This document shows, piece by piece, positions 1 through 8,789 of a stretch of 25,927 nucleotides of DNA. The translations under genes and the position numbers were made by a program. Numbering within the stretch: position 1 is the first letter of the stretch; each line of letters starts with the position of its first letter. The notes under the pieces are model-generated. The model was not told the DNA's origin and did not search any database. It saw only the letters and a list, made by a program, of their open reading frames with translations. Origin of the DNA: a virus. Its lineage: Duplodnaviria; Caudoviricetes. The stretch lies in IMG/VR virus record IMGVR_UViG_3300046778_000073, positions 1 to 25,927 of that record. One strand, 5' to 3'.

Positions 1-114
1 TGGGAGATTTTAAGGGAACAATATTCATTGGAATATAAACAGATAGAGGATCTAATAAGGTTCTGGATGGAAGAGACTTTCAAATTGGGGTCATTAATAC
101 CATATTGGTTTTAA
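1..114 (+). CDS. 3' end of a small hypothetical phage protein, truncated by the window start
   Basis: Frame 1 is open from base 1 to TAA at 112-114: WEILREQYSLEYKQIEDLIRFWMEETFKLGSLIPYWF*. Not in the ORF track. Confidence 0.6.
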   Translation, partial: WEILREQYSLEYKQIEDLIRFWMEETFKLGSLIPYWF

Positions 115-167
115 AATACTCTTTTACTTGTGATGGAAGAGGTTTACAAATTGGGGTCATTAACCCC
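66..167 (+). repeat. Two 36-nt direct repeats separated by a 30-nt unique spacer (CRISPR-like mini-array or duplicated C-terminal cassette)
   Basis: 66-101 GATGGAAGAGACTTTCAAATTGGGGTCATTAATACC and 132-167 GATGGAAGAGGTTTACAAATTGGGGTCATTAACCCC match at 31/36. Spacer 102-131 is ATATTGGTTTTAAAATACTCTTTTACTTGT. Confidence 0.85.
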
Positions 168-197
168 TTATTAAAATATAATATAGGGTTTTTTTTT
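162..197 (+). terminator. Putative intrinsic terminator
   Basis: Imperfect stem AACCC...TATTA/TAATA...GGGTT followed by a T9 run. It overlaps the end of repeat copy 2. Confidence 0.55.
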
Positions 198-206
198 ATT
201 CCAAAC

Positions 207-214
207 TATTTATA
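207..214 (+). promoter_or_regulatory. TATTTATA motif, putative phage late promoter
   Basis: Ends 4 nt before ATG 219. The same motif and 4-nt spacing occur upstream of the genes starting at 5976 and 9683. Confidence 0.55.
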
Positions 215-218
215 AATA

Positions 219-539
219 ATGAAAATTATTATAACCGAAGAACAAAAAAAGAAATTATTCATACCTAGGAAATTATCTGGTAATGATTCTAGATATACGG
301 AATGGAATAATAAACAACCGATGGTTGATGGTGTTCAGATAAATCAATATGATTCTGATGGTAATAAACAAGGATTTTGGGATCAACCATATAATTTTAC
401 CATCAACGAAAAAAAATTAACTTCTAAAGGTAATTATACTAATGGTAAAAAGGATGGTATTTGGATTATTTCATATCCAAACGGAAATATATATTTAACT
501 TCAAAATTTAAAGACGGTAAAAGACAATATGGTATATAA
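219..539 (+). CDS. MORN-variant repeat protein (YwqK-like) with an MKIIITEEQ N-terminal leader
   Basis: Repeating beta-hairpin units INQYDSDGNKQGFW, KGNYTNGKKDGIWIISYPNG and FKDGK are typical of MORN-variant repeats. Confidence 0.7.
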   Translation: MKIIITEEQKKKLFIPRKLSGNDSRYTEWNNKQPMVDGVQINQYDSDGNKQGFWDQPYNFTINEKKLTSKGNYTNGKKDGIWIISYPNGNIYLTSKFKDGKRQYGI

Positions 540-540
540 A

Positions 541-566
541 AAAAGGTGGATTTTACCCTACCTTTT
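541..566. terminator. Bidirectional terminator between convergent genes
   Basis: AAAAGGTGG-N8-CTACCTTTT stem flanked by A/T tracts, between ORF 219-539(+) and ORF 553-972(-). Confidence 0.5.
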
Positions 567-972
567 CTGTTTCTGATGATATGGAAACCTCTTCAGTTTC
601 AATTATCTTTATTTCGGGTATTACATCATCACCCCTAATATTAAAATCAAGTTTCGATAATTCATCTAACGATGATGAATTAAACAAATCGTCTAATTGT
701 TTTCTTTTCTCAGCCAATAATTTAATTTTCTGCTCTCTTTCAATATTTACCCTTATAATTTGGTTTATAAACCCCAACATATCCATAAAAGATATATCCT
801 TATCTTTTGTTATTAAATATGTCAAATTATCTTTTTTCTTAACAATAATACCTTCTTGTTGTATTTCCCATTCAGGTTTAAAATAACACTTTAGAAGTTT
901 TATATTACCATCAAATTCAAAAGAAAAAACATAACCCTTATATTCTTCAAATATTCCATCAATATTATTCAT
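553..972 (-). CDS. Hypothetical protein with a C-terminal coiled coil
   Basis: ORF track gives 553-990. ATG 972 overlaps the upstream stop and is the likelier start. EREQKIKLLAEKRKQLDDLF is helical and charged. Confidence 0.7.
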   Translation of the reverse strand: MNNIDGIFEEYKGYVFSFEFDGNIKLLKCYFKPEWEIQQEGIIVKKKDNLTYLITKDKDISFMDMLGFINQIIRVNIEREQKIKLLAEKRKQLDDLFNSSSLDELSKLDFNIRGDDVIPEIKIIETEEVSISSETEKVG

Positions 973-1363
973 CTTTTTTTTCCTCTCCATTAATTACATC
1001 ATATATCGGATGTAACGTTTCTTTATCAACCTCAATTAATATCTTATAGTTCAATAATTCATCTGAATTATAATCCCCACATTGTTCAAACTGAATCGTT
1101 TTTGGTTTAAAAATAAATCCACCTACAACACTTCCGATTGGATCTAAAAATTCAATATTAATTTCTTCAATATTAAACAAATCTTTCGGATTAATCTGAC
1201 GATGAACAGTTTCATATATTTCAGTCGAAAACATTAGTTTATTGCCATCATTGAAAATCTTATATTTTCTAAAAAGATATTCTTCAATAAAACATCCTTT
1301 AAATTTAATTACCCACCTATTTGTTTTAAGTGGTTCAATATATTCCCATTTATTTATCTTCAT
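965..1363 (-). CDS. Tail-tube (T4 gp19-like) paralog
   Basis: Motifs EPLKTNRWVIKF and INIEFLDPIGSVV...DYNSDEL resemble gp19-like tube proteins. ATG 1363 lies 4 nt after the upstream stop. Confidence 0.5.
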   Translation of the reverse strand: MKINKWEYIEPLKTNRWVIKFKGCFIEEYLFRKYKIFNDGNKLMFSTEIYETVHRQINPKDLFNIEEINIEFLDPIGSVVGGFIFKPKTIQFEQCGDYNSDELLNYKILIEVDKETLHPIYDVINGEEKKDE

Positions 1364-1367
1364 ATTC

Positions 1368-1676
1368 TTACCAATCCGGCCATAATTTATGGTGTATAGC
1401 ATATAATATATGATTCACACCAGATGATAAGCAACCATCAAAAAATAATACTTTAAGTATATTATCTATTCCCCATAAAAAACTTATAGGACTGAATAAA
1501 AATAAACTTAAAAAAACCCCACACCAGAACCCAAAACACATTGGACATCTAATTACCGTACTCCAATAAGGACTAATACCTTCAGCCCAATCTCTAAGCC
1601 ATCCAAAAATCTTACTCTGAGTTACAATCGTTGTAATCCCATAACTAATTAAACTAAATAAAATTAAATCTATCAT
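1368..1676 (-). CDS. Small membrane protein, DUF1360-like
   Basis: Hydrophobic segments plus the motif IFGWLR...CPMCFGFW. ATGA start/stop overlap with the upstream gene at 1673-1676. Confidence 0.6.
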   Translation of the reverse strand: MIDLILFSLISYGITTIVTQSKIFGWLRDWAEGISPYWSTVIRCPMCFGFWCGVFLSLFLFSPISFLWGIDNILKVLFFDGCLSSGVNHILYAIHHKLWPDW

Positions 1677-1855
1677 ATTGTAAACCCACAAATTAAAAGT
1701 GTTATTATTATTGATAAAGATACACCTAAAATAATTAACTCTGTTTTAGATATCGGTCTAACTTTATCAGCAGTTATTCCTTTATAAAATAAGAATCCGC
1801 TTCTTAAACAATTTAATAAACTTATTATAAAAAGAAATACTAAAATATGCATCAT
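1673..1855 (-). CDS. Small two-TM membrane protein
   Basis: 60 aa with two hydrophobic stretches; overlaps both neighbours by 4 nt. Confidence 0.65.
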   Translation of the reverse strand: MMHILVFLFIISLLNCLRSGFLFYKGITADKVRPISKTELIILGVSLSIIITLLICGFTI

Positions 1856-2046
1856 TTTACTCCACGACCTTTCATTGTTTTTTTTATTTTATTTACATTC
1901 TTCCACATTATCTTTGTTTCAGACGCTAATTCTTTTAATTTTTTTCTTAACTTAAAAGAATAAACTTTCTTACCTTTAATATAATATTGTTCAGATAATA
2001 TTTCAACATCTTTTAGTATATTTTTTAATATTTGATATTCTTCCAT
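1852..2046 (-). CDS. Small basic protein resembling the histone-H1-like Hc1 family
   Basis: 64 aa, Lys-rich. The pattern LKNIL...YYIKGKKVYSFKLRKKLKEL resembles the KF-x-x-KGNKAAGxRxRK pattern of Bacteroidota Hc1-like proteins. Confidence 0.45.
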   Translation of the reverse strand: MEEYQILKNILKDVEILSEQYYIKGKKVYSFKLRKKLKELASETKIMWKNVNKIKKTMKGRGVK

Positions 2047-2047
2047 A

Positions 2048-2485
2048 TTACTCAGGTATATTTTTATTTATTAACCCCATATTCGTTAAATAATCCTCAA
2101 CAACAACCCAATTAATAAATGGTCTACTATATGATACTTCTTCCCCATCATCATTTTTTGTTTTCATTATAGTTAAAGGAGCTCCAAGAGAACAATCATC
2201 AATAAATAAATCAGCATGACATTTATTGGATGTAGTCCATCTGGCTTGTGTTGGGTTATAACCCACAGCATATAATTCAATACCATTCACTTTAAACCAA
2301 TTAATAGCTTCATTTAACTGACGACCACTACGCATTGTGTTTAATATTAATCGGTGTTTATTTTCAACTAACTTTTTTAATACTGGAATAGCCCCAATAT
2401 CTTGACCTAGTTTTGGATACTCATGAGTCAAAACAGTTCCATCAAAATCAAGTCCTATAACGATACTTTCTTTATTATTTCCCAC
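2048..2485 (-). CDS. HAD-superfamily hydrolase (BT0820-like)
   Basis: Motif I LDFDGT, motif II LILNTMR, motif IV ADLFIDD. A GTG at 2485 avoids the 59-nt overlap that the track start (2551) would need. Confidence 0.85.
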   Translation of the reverse strand: MGNNKESIVIGLDFDGTVLTHEYPKLGQDIGAIPVLKKLVENKHRLILNTMRSGRQLNEAINWFKVNGIELYAVGYNPTQARWTTSNKCHADLFIDDCSLGAPLTIMKTKNDDGEEVSYSRPFINWVVVEDYLTNMGLINKNIPE

Positions 2486-2492
2486 GATATTT

Positions 2493-3149
2493 TTAATTAT
2501 TTTTTGATTTTTGATTAAATACTGAGATCCCAAGAGTGATTGAATCGGCAATATCGTAGTTACTTTTCTTCAATCTACCTTTAGTATCTTTTAACCATTC
2601 CAATTTAGGGTATAACTTATTTACTTCATCAAAGACTACTTTCTTCTTATCTAATGTAGCAAATCCTACTTTATCCACCTTATAATAATGTTTATGTTCT
2701 TCTTTAATTTCATCAATACTTTCAGCCTTTTTCTTATAAGCCCCAAATAACACTAATTTATTTTTAACTGAACCAACTTGCATTAAATTAGGGAATGCTT
2801 TCGCTCTCGCATCGTATGATGAAATGTATTTAGGTGCTACACCTAATATATCATAACACATTTTAGAAATAATACCATTAAATTTTAATAGAGTTGCTAC
2901 CGTATATATATTGTTTGAGCTTAATAATGGTTCTTCAATCCAAATATGTTTAATTGGTAATCCTTTATACTCCCCAATAAGGGTTTGAACTAGGTTAGCT
3001 TTCTCATATAATAGAGAATCATTTGTAGCGTTTTTAACCTTTGGTTCGATTTGTTTAAGTTCTAATACTTTTTCATTATTATAATCAAATAGAGCTATAC
3101 CGACACAACTTGTCGACACATCAAGACATAACATAAATACTTTTTCCAT
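2493..3149 (-). CDS. RuvC-like Holliday junction resolvase (RNase H fold)
   Basis: LCLDVSTSCVGIAL (catalytic Asp), IWIEEP (Glu) and YDIADSITLG (D-x-x-D). Confidence 0.8.
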   Translation of the reverse strand: MEKVFMLCLDVSTSCVGIALFDYNNEKVLELKQIEPKVKNATNDSLLYEKANLVQTLIGEYKGLPIKHIWIEEPLLSSNNIYTVATLLKFNGIISKMCYDILGVAPKYISSYDARAKAFPNLMQVGSVKNKLVLFGAYKKKAESIDEIKEEHKHYYKVDKVGFATLDKKKVVFDEVNKLYPKLEWLKDTKGRLKKSNYDIADSITLGISVFNQKSKNN

Positions 3150-3155
3150 ATACGG

Positions 3156-3183
3156 AATATATAAAAAAATAACATATTGTAAA
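3156..3183 (-). promoter_or_regulatory. Putative host-RNAP-type promoter for the ruvC-like operon
   Basis: TTTACA-N16-TATATT ending 6 nt before ATG 3149. Confidence 0.35.
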
Positions 3184-3185
3184 GA

Positions 3186-3362
3186 TTATATGATTTTAGA
3201 AAAATTAATCCTATCTATGTTACGCGATAAATAACGATCATATGATACTAATACAATTATACCATCAATTTTAATTTTACCAACCATACTTTCAATATCA
3301 ATATCCAAACCAATAATTTTAGATTGTTCTTCCCTTAATATTCGTTTGATTAAATTTTTCAT
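3186..3362 (-). CDS. Small hypothetical protein (58 aa) with an MKNLIKRILREE leader
   Basis: Read manually: MKNLIKRILREEQSKIIGLDIDIESMVGKIKIDGIIVLVSYDRYLSRNIDRINFSKII*. Starts 1 nt after the stop of the 870-aa gene and is absent from the ORF track. Confidence 0.65.
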   Translation of the reverse strand: MKNLIKRILREEQSKIIGLDIDIESMVGKIKIDGIIVLVSYDRYLSRNIDRINFSKII

Positions 3363-3363
3363 A

Positions 3364-5976
3364 TTAAAAATCTAAATTAATTTGATATATTGTTGAGTTC
3401 TGTCTTGATTTAATTACCGGTGTAGATAATTTAGCAATACCTACTAAATCCTTATCATCACTATATATACCAACTTCACTTATATATGGAGTTCCTGTAT
3501 ACACATTGAAAGTCGGATTTACTGACCTATTAAACATCGTTTCATCAATTACACATAATAAATTAGTTTGGTATACCGTAGCTCCGATATCTGTTGATAT
3601 GTTACCAAATAAGAAATCTTCATCACCTAATTGTAATGTTGAATTGGTTGTATTATATGTCATATAGTCAGTTATATTAAACTGATTTCCATGTGTTAAA
3701 GCCGACCAACTTAATCTTATTTTACTACTATTCAAATTAGGACCAACCATAGGTAAACCAACATTTTGATTTCTTACAGATGATGTCATATCATATATTG
3801 TCCAACCTGAAGGGTTATACGTATCACCACTTATTGTTTTCTTTAATAACACATAAAACTTATCTGCTGTATATCCAGTCCAATTACTAAAATTAGATAA
3901 AAAACCAAATCCACCACTAGGGAACGATAAATATATGTCGGTAGCAACATTCTTACTCGGACTAATCGTTGAGTAATTTAAACATGGTAAAGCCGTTGTA
4001 AATCCTGTTGATGACCCTAACATATAACTCACCCATAATTGATCGGTTGTTGCTGACATAATACCTATTGTTTCCACACCACAAGGATCAACAATACTTT
4101 CACTTAATGTGGGTTTTGGCAACGTCCAATTTCTATTCGATTTATAAGATAAAGCGGCATTTACTTCCTTATCTTCCATAATAGCAACTTTTAAATCAGG
4201 AAATACTTTACCAACATTATAACCATCAATAGTATCCACTAAATCATAATATCTTAATGAAAAATCGTTATTTATTGTTTTACCTGTAAACCCTGTTGTA
4301 TTACCTGAAGGTAGATTAAATAAATCTAACGGTGTTGATATATTTTCAAAATCATTATCTAAGAATGTGTATGATAATGTATTCTCACCTAATATAATTC
4401 TCCTAGTATCATCTACCAATGAAATAACACCATTAGCAGTCTCACCTGAGTTTAATAAATTAAAACCAACATTTAATGATCTTCTTAAACCCGTTCCACC
4501 TGGTTTTGTTATATTTAATAACGTAAATTCATTATCGATAGTAGTTGACCCTGTAAATGTCGTAATAATAACTCTATTTCCTGGATTAAAAGGTATTGAT
4601 TCAGTCATATTAAAAATTGATACATTACCCCTACCATCACCATAATTCCCTGTTGTTACACCACTAAATGAAAAGTTCTTTCTAGTATATAAATTATATC
4701 CAGTAGCGTTTGTTACACCACTCCAACTTAAATAGATACTAGTATTTTCAGCACCTGTATTATATCCCACACCATAAGTTGTTTTGTCGAATAGATAACC
4801 ATCCTTCTTAAAGTAAAACTTTTTAGTTGTTAAAGTTTCACCTCTATCAGTATAAGCCGATACATAAAATGTATACCCACTTAACATTTTAGCCACACCT
4901 ACATTTGTATAACCTGTTACTTGTAAATTAGGGGTATCTATTGTCGGTATATTTAACTCAATTTCATTCGTAAAAAATTTATCTTCCGTATTAGCACTAA
5001 AAGTATGTCCAATAACATTACTTCTATGATACATAAGTGTTGGGAAACTAAATTTAGTTTTAGTTATAAACTCACCATATTCATTACCAACTGAATTATT
5101 TGTATAGTGAATAATACTTAAATTTTCAAGGTTATTTGGGTAGTTATTTAATAGAGTTAATGACCCCTTATAACCATCCGTTTTATATGGTCCGTAACCT
5201 GTATTATACCCAATAGGATTTTTACCCCATATAGTTGATAAGTTCCACACCGGAACATCATATCGACTTAAAGTACAAGTTCCTGATAAATTTAAATTTC
5301 CACTATCCCAATAAGCTGTCGGTGTATTTAACCCATAATAATTCGTAATGGAGTCTCCACTAGGATATACAAATATTTTAACTTGGTTGTTCGGATAACT
5401 ACTCAATTTAGGTAATAACCTATCTAAACTCATAGTAAAGTTAGTCCCCATTGTTCCTGTCACACCTGTAATTCTATACCATAAATAAGGCACTGGAACA
5501 TTAACAGATGTTTCACCACTAAAACTAATTAAAACCATATCGTTTATTATAGGCGTATAAGCATTTCCTGTTGTCGCAGTTGTTGCTGATATGGTTAAAC
5601 CATTCTTAAAATCAATACTATTGGCATTTAATATTTGCTTATATAAACTAATCGTATTATATGAAGACCCTGAAAAGAAACCTCTAATTTTAACAGTATT
5701 TGTAATGATATTTTTATCTACATATTGATAGTCAATAACCTTAAAAAAGTTAGTTGGATCAGATTCATTAGGTATTAAAGGATATTTTATGTCAGGATTA
5801 TTATCTTTTGGTTTAAAGATATTAAGTCCTGATGGTGTAGGATAATTATAATTTACTTCACTATCACCAACAGCGAAATAAGTATAATTTAATATACCTG
5901 ACGATAACTTATACCTACCAATATTAGTAAGTTTAATATTTAATATTGGACTATTATTTTTTATTATATATGACAT
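3364..5976 (-). CDS. Virion baseplate / tail-collar-fibre-like structural protein (870 aa)
   Basis: N-terminal IKLTNIGRYKL...FAVGDSE and C-terminal YISEVGIYSDDKDLVGIAKLSTPVIK resemble the two halves of tail-collar-fibre/baseplate domains. The middle is S/T/G-rich. Confidence 0.65.
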   Translation of the reverse strand: MSYIIKNNSPILNIKLTNIGRYKLSSGILNYTYFAVGDSEVNYNYPTPSGLNIFKPKDNNPDIKYPLIPNESDPTNFFKVIDYQYVDKNIITNTVKIRGFFSGSSYNTISLYKQILNANSIDFKNGLTISATTATTGNAYTPIINDMVLISFSGETSVNVPVPYLWYRITGVTGTMGTNFTMSLDRLLPKLSSYPNNQVKIFVYPSGDSITNYYGLNTPTAYWDSGNLNLSGTCTLSRYDVPVWNLSTIWGKNPIGYNTGYGPYKTDGYKGSLTLLNNYPNNLENLSIIHYTNNSVGNEYGEFITKTKFSFPTLMYHRSNVIGHTFSANTEDKFFTNEIELNIPTIDTPNLQVTGYTNVGVAKMLSGYTFYVSAYTDRGETLTTKKFYFKKDGYLFDKTTYGVGYNTGAENTSIYLSWSGVTNATGYNLYTRKNFSFSGVTTGNYGDGRGNVSIFNMTESIPFNPGNRVIITTFTGSTTIDNEFTLLNITKPGGTGLRRSLNVGFNLLNSGETANGVISLVDDTRRIILGENTLSYTFLDNDFENISTPLDLFNLPSGNTTGFTGKTINNDFSLRYYDLVDTIDGYNVGKVFPDLKVAIMEDKEVNAALSYKSNRNWTLPKPTLSESIVDPCGVETIGIMSATTDQLWVSYMLGSSTGFTTALPCLNYSTISPSKNVATDIYLSFPSGGFGFLSNFSNWTGYTADKFYVLLKKTISGDTYNPSGWTIYDMTSSVRNQNVGLPMVGPNLNSSKIRLSWSALTHGNQFNITDYMTYNTTNSTLQLGDEDFLFGNISTDIGATVYQTNLLCVIDETMFNRSVNPTFNVYTGTPYISEVGIYSDDKDLVGIAKLSTPVIKSRQNSTIYQINLDF

Positions 5977-5980
5977 ATCT

Positions 5981-5988
5981 TATAAATA
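5981..5988 (-). promoter_or_regulatory. TATTTATA motif, putative late promoter
   Basis: Ends 4 nt before ATG 5976. Confidence 0.55.
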
Positions 5989-6654
5989 CTATTGGATTGA
6001 AAATAATTTGATATTATTTAACCTAACCTCATCTTCACTTTTAATGAAGAAATCTAACCATAGGTTTGTTGATGTGATTCCGCTTATATCTAATATATGG
6101 TTATAGGTACCTGGCGTATTCACTCTAATAACTCTACTATTATACTTAAATACATCCATTATAAAATCAGCGTTATTGGAAACATTGTATTGTAATAATA
6201 ATGTTGTTGCAGATATTGTTGTCGCCGATGATACTTTTATTAAAACATTACCTGATAATGTGGTAGCCGTTGTTACGGTTAAACCAGTATAGTCGGGTAA
6301 TCCTTGCATTGTATATGACTTAGTTATTGCCGTATATGAATTATTGTTTGTTGTTATACCACTAAAATTAGTATAAGTATTTCCTGAAATATATACGTTA
6401 TAACTATAACCAATATCACCCCAATTAACTATAATTCCTTCCGAACCAGCACCCTTATCAAAGAATGTTGATTTTCGTTCAATAAAATTACTCGAATAAT
6501 CAAAAGAATCTACAATAATATTATTATACCTATTACCAGTTGTAAATGTTCCACCTGTAATAATATTAAATGTATTAGGGTAATGATTAGTATTTAATAC
6601 ATACCCATCAACCCTTTTATCTTTTCTCATATCACCACTTAAATATATATCCAT
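5989..6654 (-). CDS. Putative virion structural protein (beta-rich)
   Basis: Lies in the structural operon, is S/T/N-rich, and shares a module with ORF 9705-10886. Confidence 0.55.
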   Translation of the reverse strand: MDIYLSGDMRKDKRVDGYVLNTNHYPNTFNIITGGTFTTGNRYNNIIVDSFDYSSNFIERKSTFFDKGAGSEGIIVNWGDIGYSYNVYISGNTYTNFSGITTNNNSYTAITKSYTMQGLPDYTGLTVTTATTLSGNVLIKVSSATTISATTLLLQYNVSNNADFIMDVFKYNSRVIRVNTPGTYNHILDISGITSTNLWLDFFIKSEDEVRLNNIKLFSIQ

Positions 6655-6658
6655 TTAC

Positions 6659-8788
6659 CTATAAATTATTACTTACATTATTAGAAATAAATACACTACC
6701 CTCGTCAACACCTCTATTATATATGTATTTTTGTGTTTGAAATTTAGTATTAGATATCTTTTCACCAACAAACGATATTGTTGTCGCAGGGACAAATTGC
6801 TTAACTAAATTAGTCCAATAATCACCTATACTATCCAAATATTTTAATACGTGTATATATCTAAAACCAGTAGTTCCTGACGCATTTAAATATTCTTCAT
6901 ATACTTTATATAATGTTGGGTATTGTGATATACCTTTCCTATTTCTCACGTTTATAAGTCTTGAATATGTTTCATCTAAAAAGTGTTGTAATCCTTGAGG
7001 TGTTTCATTCAACCATTGACTAAACCAAGTGTTCCCCGATAATGTGGTGTAATAATATTTATAAACATCATTCTCTATCGGTTTACTTAATTTTAAGTTT
7101 AGGTCAATAAACTTATTATTTAATACTAACCTTTCATCATTAGTTTCATAATTAGCATAACTCTCATCAATATATTCGGATCTAACAACATCTGTCACAC
7201 CTGAAACAAACCAAACTTTCTTATTATCTATTTCTTGAGTCAATTCATACCCATAATTTAACCCAGGGAACTTATTAAAGTACTGTTGGTATGTTGGCAT
7301 CTGATAATAGAATTCATTAGTATTATTTAATATATACGGATAACCCTCACTATCCACCGGTATAGTTGTCACATCAATTATTGTTCCGGTTTGTACTTCA
7401 GTTAAACTAATAACCGATTCTAATTCATTAATATTAATCTTACCGTCAACTAAATAAATATACTCATTAAATTCGTATAAACTTTCAGGTGCTCCAATAT
7501 ATTCCAATATGAACTCTAAAGCCTTTCTAGTTCCCTTTGACTTGAATAGGTAAGCCGAATTTAAAAATAATCTTCGCCAAAACTCAATATCTAACTCATA
7601 AGGGGTTTTATTCTTATTATTCGTGAGAACTTGCTTCGTATTAACCCCAAACACATTTTTTAATAAATCGTCAGAATTATAAATCGTATCAACCTTCCAA
7701 CCAATTGTTTCGGCTAAGTTTTTAATTAAATTATCAGCCGCATTATTTTTCTTATCATATGCAACAGTATTCGCAAAAGCTAAACCATCAATAAATTTCT
7801 TAATCTCATCAAAACTCCTACCATATACCTGTAACATTTTTTGTATTTTTTGATCTGGTGTATCGAAATCCACTATACTATCTGATATATAAAATCTAGT
7901 AATTAAATTAGATTTTATTTCATCAATATCATTACCAATACCAACTAATGTATTTATATATTGCTCCAAATAATTCACATTTATGTTTGGGTTATAACCA
8001 TAGAAATATGTCTCCCAAGTTATAGATGTGGTATCATCAACCAACGTTTCATTTAAATATCTACGATATTTAAATGTTGCGGTATATAACGGAGTAGAAT
8101 CCCTATTTAATAAAAATTGCTGTATTTCATCAAACCCCTTAAACACATTTTCCCTCTCCAAATAATTTGGTTTTATAAATATATTAGCCGTAGATGATGT
8201 AAATATATTACCATTTATACTTATACTTAAATAATTATTATCCGATATTAAATTCACTAATGGAGTTTCCTCATCATTATACTCTAATACGAATTTATTA
8301 TAATATTTAACAAGATTTCTTAACGTAGTCCCACTAACACTATTTTCTAATAAACCATCACTCGTTAATGTAATATTAAATGGGTTATATATAAATGCTA
8401 TTGGTATTTGGAATTGGGTTATATTTGTATTAGAATCATATATTATATTATATAGTGTTTGATTGTAATAAATACCAGCAGGGAAATCGGTGATAATACC
8501 ATTTACCGCCGACCTTAATCTTTCAGATAATGACCCATAATTCGCATAGTTTGTAATATCCGAATAATTAAAGTTTATAAATATATTTAAATTAGTATTA
8601 TAACCATTAGTTTGATAATTATACACTAATGGATGACCTACCATAGGTAACATACCTTGAGATGGGGTTATATTAGTCGTAATACTAAAATCACCAAAAC
8701 TAAATAAAGGAGTTCCATTGGTCGATTGTAAACCCACCAAATTATCGCCGAAAACATCCGCACCATTTCTAAATTGTTTAATCGCCAT
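6659..8788 (-). CDS. Baseplate wedge protein with a P2 gpI-like domain
   Basis: LIKNLAETIGW...WRRLFLNSAYLFKSKGTRKALEFIL is the KGT motif of gpI/gp7-like wedge proteins. Confidence 0.65.
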   Translation of the reverse strand: MAIKQFRNGADVFGDNLVGLQSTNGTPLFSFGDFSITTNITPSQGMLPMVGHPLVYNYQTNGYNTNLNIFINFNYSDITNYANYGSLSERLRSAVNGIITDFPAGIYYNQTLYNIIYDSNTNITQFQIPIAFIYNPFNITLTSDGLLENSVSGTTLRNLVKYYNKFVLEYNDEETPLVNLISDNNYLSISINGNIFTSSTANIFIKPNYLERENVFKGFDEIQQFLLNRDSTPLYTATFKYRRYLNETLVDDTTSITWETYFYGYNPNINVNYLEQYINTLVGIGNDIDEIKSNLITRFYISDSIVDFDTPDQKIQKMLQVYGRSFDEIKKFIDGLAFANTVAYDKKNNAADNLIKNLAETIGWKVDTIYNSDDLLKNVFGVNTKQVLTNNKNKTPYELDIEFWRRLFLNSAYLFKSKGTRKALEFILEYIGAPESLYEFNEYIYLVDGKININELESVISLTEVQTGTIIDVTTIPVDSEGYPYILNNTNEFYYQMPTYQQYFNKFPGLNYGYELTQEIDNKKVWFVSGVTDVVRSEYIDESYANYETNDERLVLNNKFIDLNLKLSKPIENDVYKYYYTTLSGNTWFSQWLNETPQGLQHFLDETYSRLINVRNRKGISQYPTLYKVYEEYLNASGTTGFRYIHVLKYLDSIGDYWTNLVKQFVPATTISFVGEKISNTKFQTQKYIYNRGVDEGSVFISNNVSNNL

Positions 8789-8789
8789 T

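Noticed and set aside
66-167. DGR template/variable repeat pair
   Set aside because: The differences are not adenine-specific (C/T, T/A and T/C occur), the repeat is short, and no reverse transcriptase is in the window.
219-539. YwqJK-like toxin-antitoxin pair
   Set aside because: MORN-variant repeats are generic, and no adjacent toxin gene is recognisable.
2493-3149. TnpB/Cas12-like effector for the mini-array
   Set aside because: It is only 218 aa, with a compact resolvase-type RuvC layout and no zinc finger or recognition lobe, and it lies 2.3 kb away in another operon.
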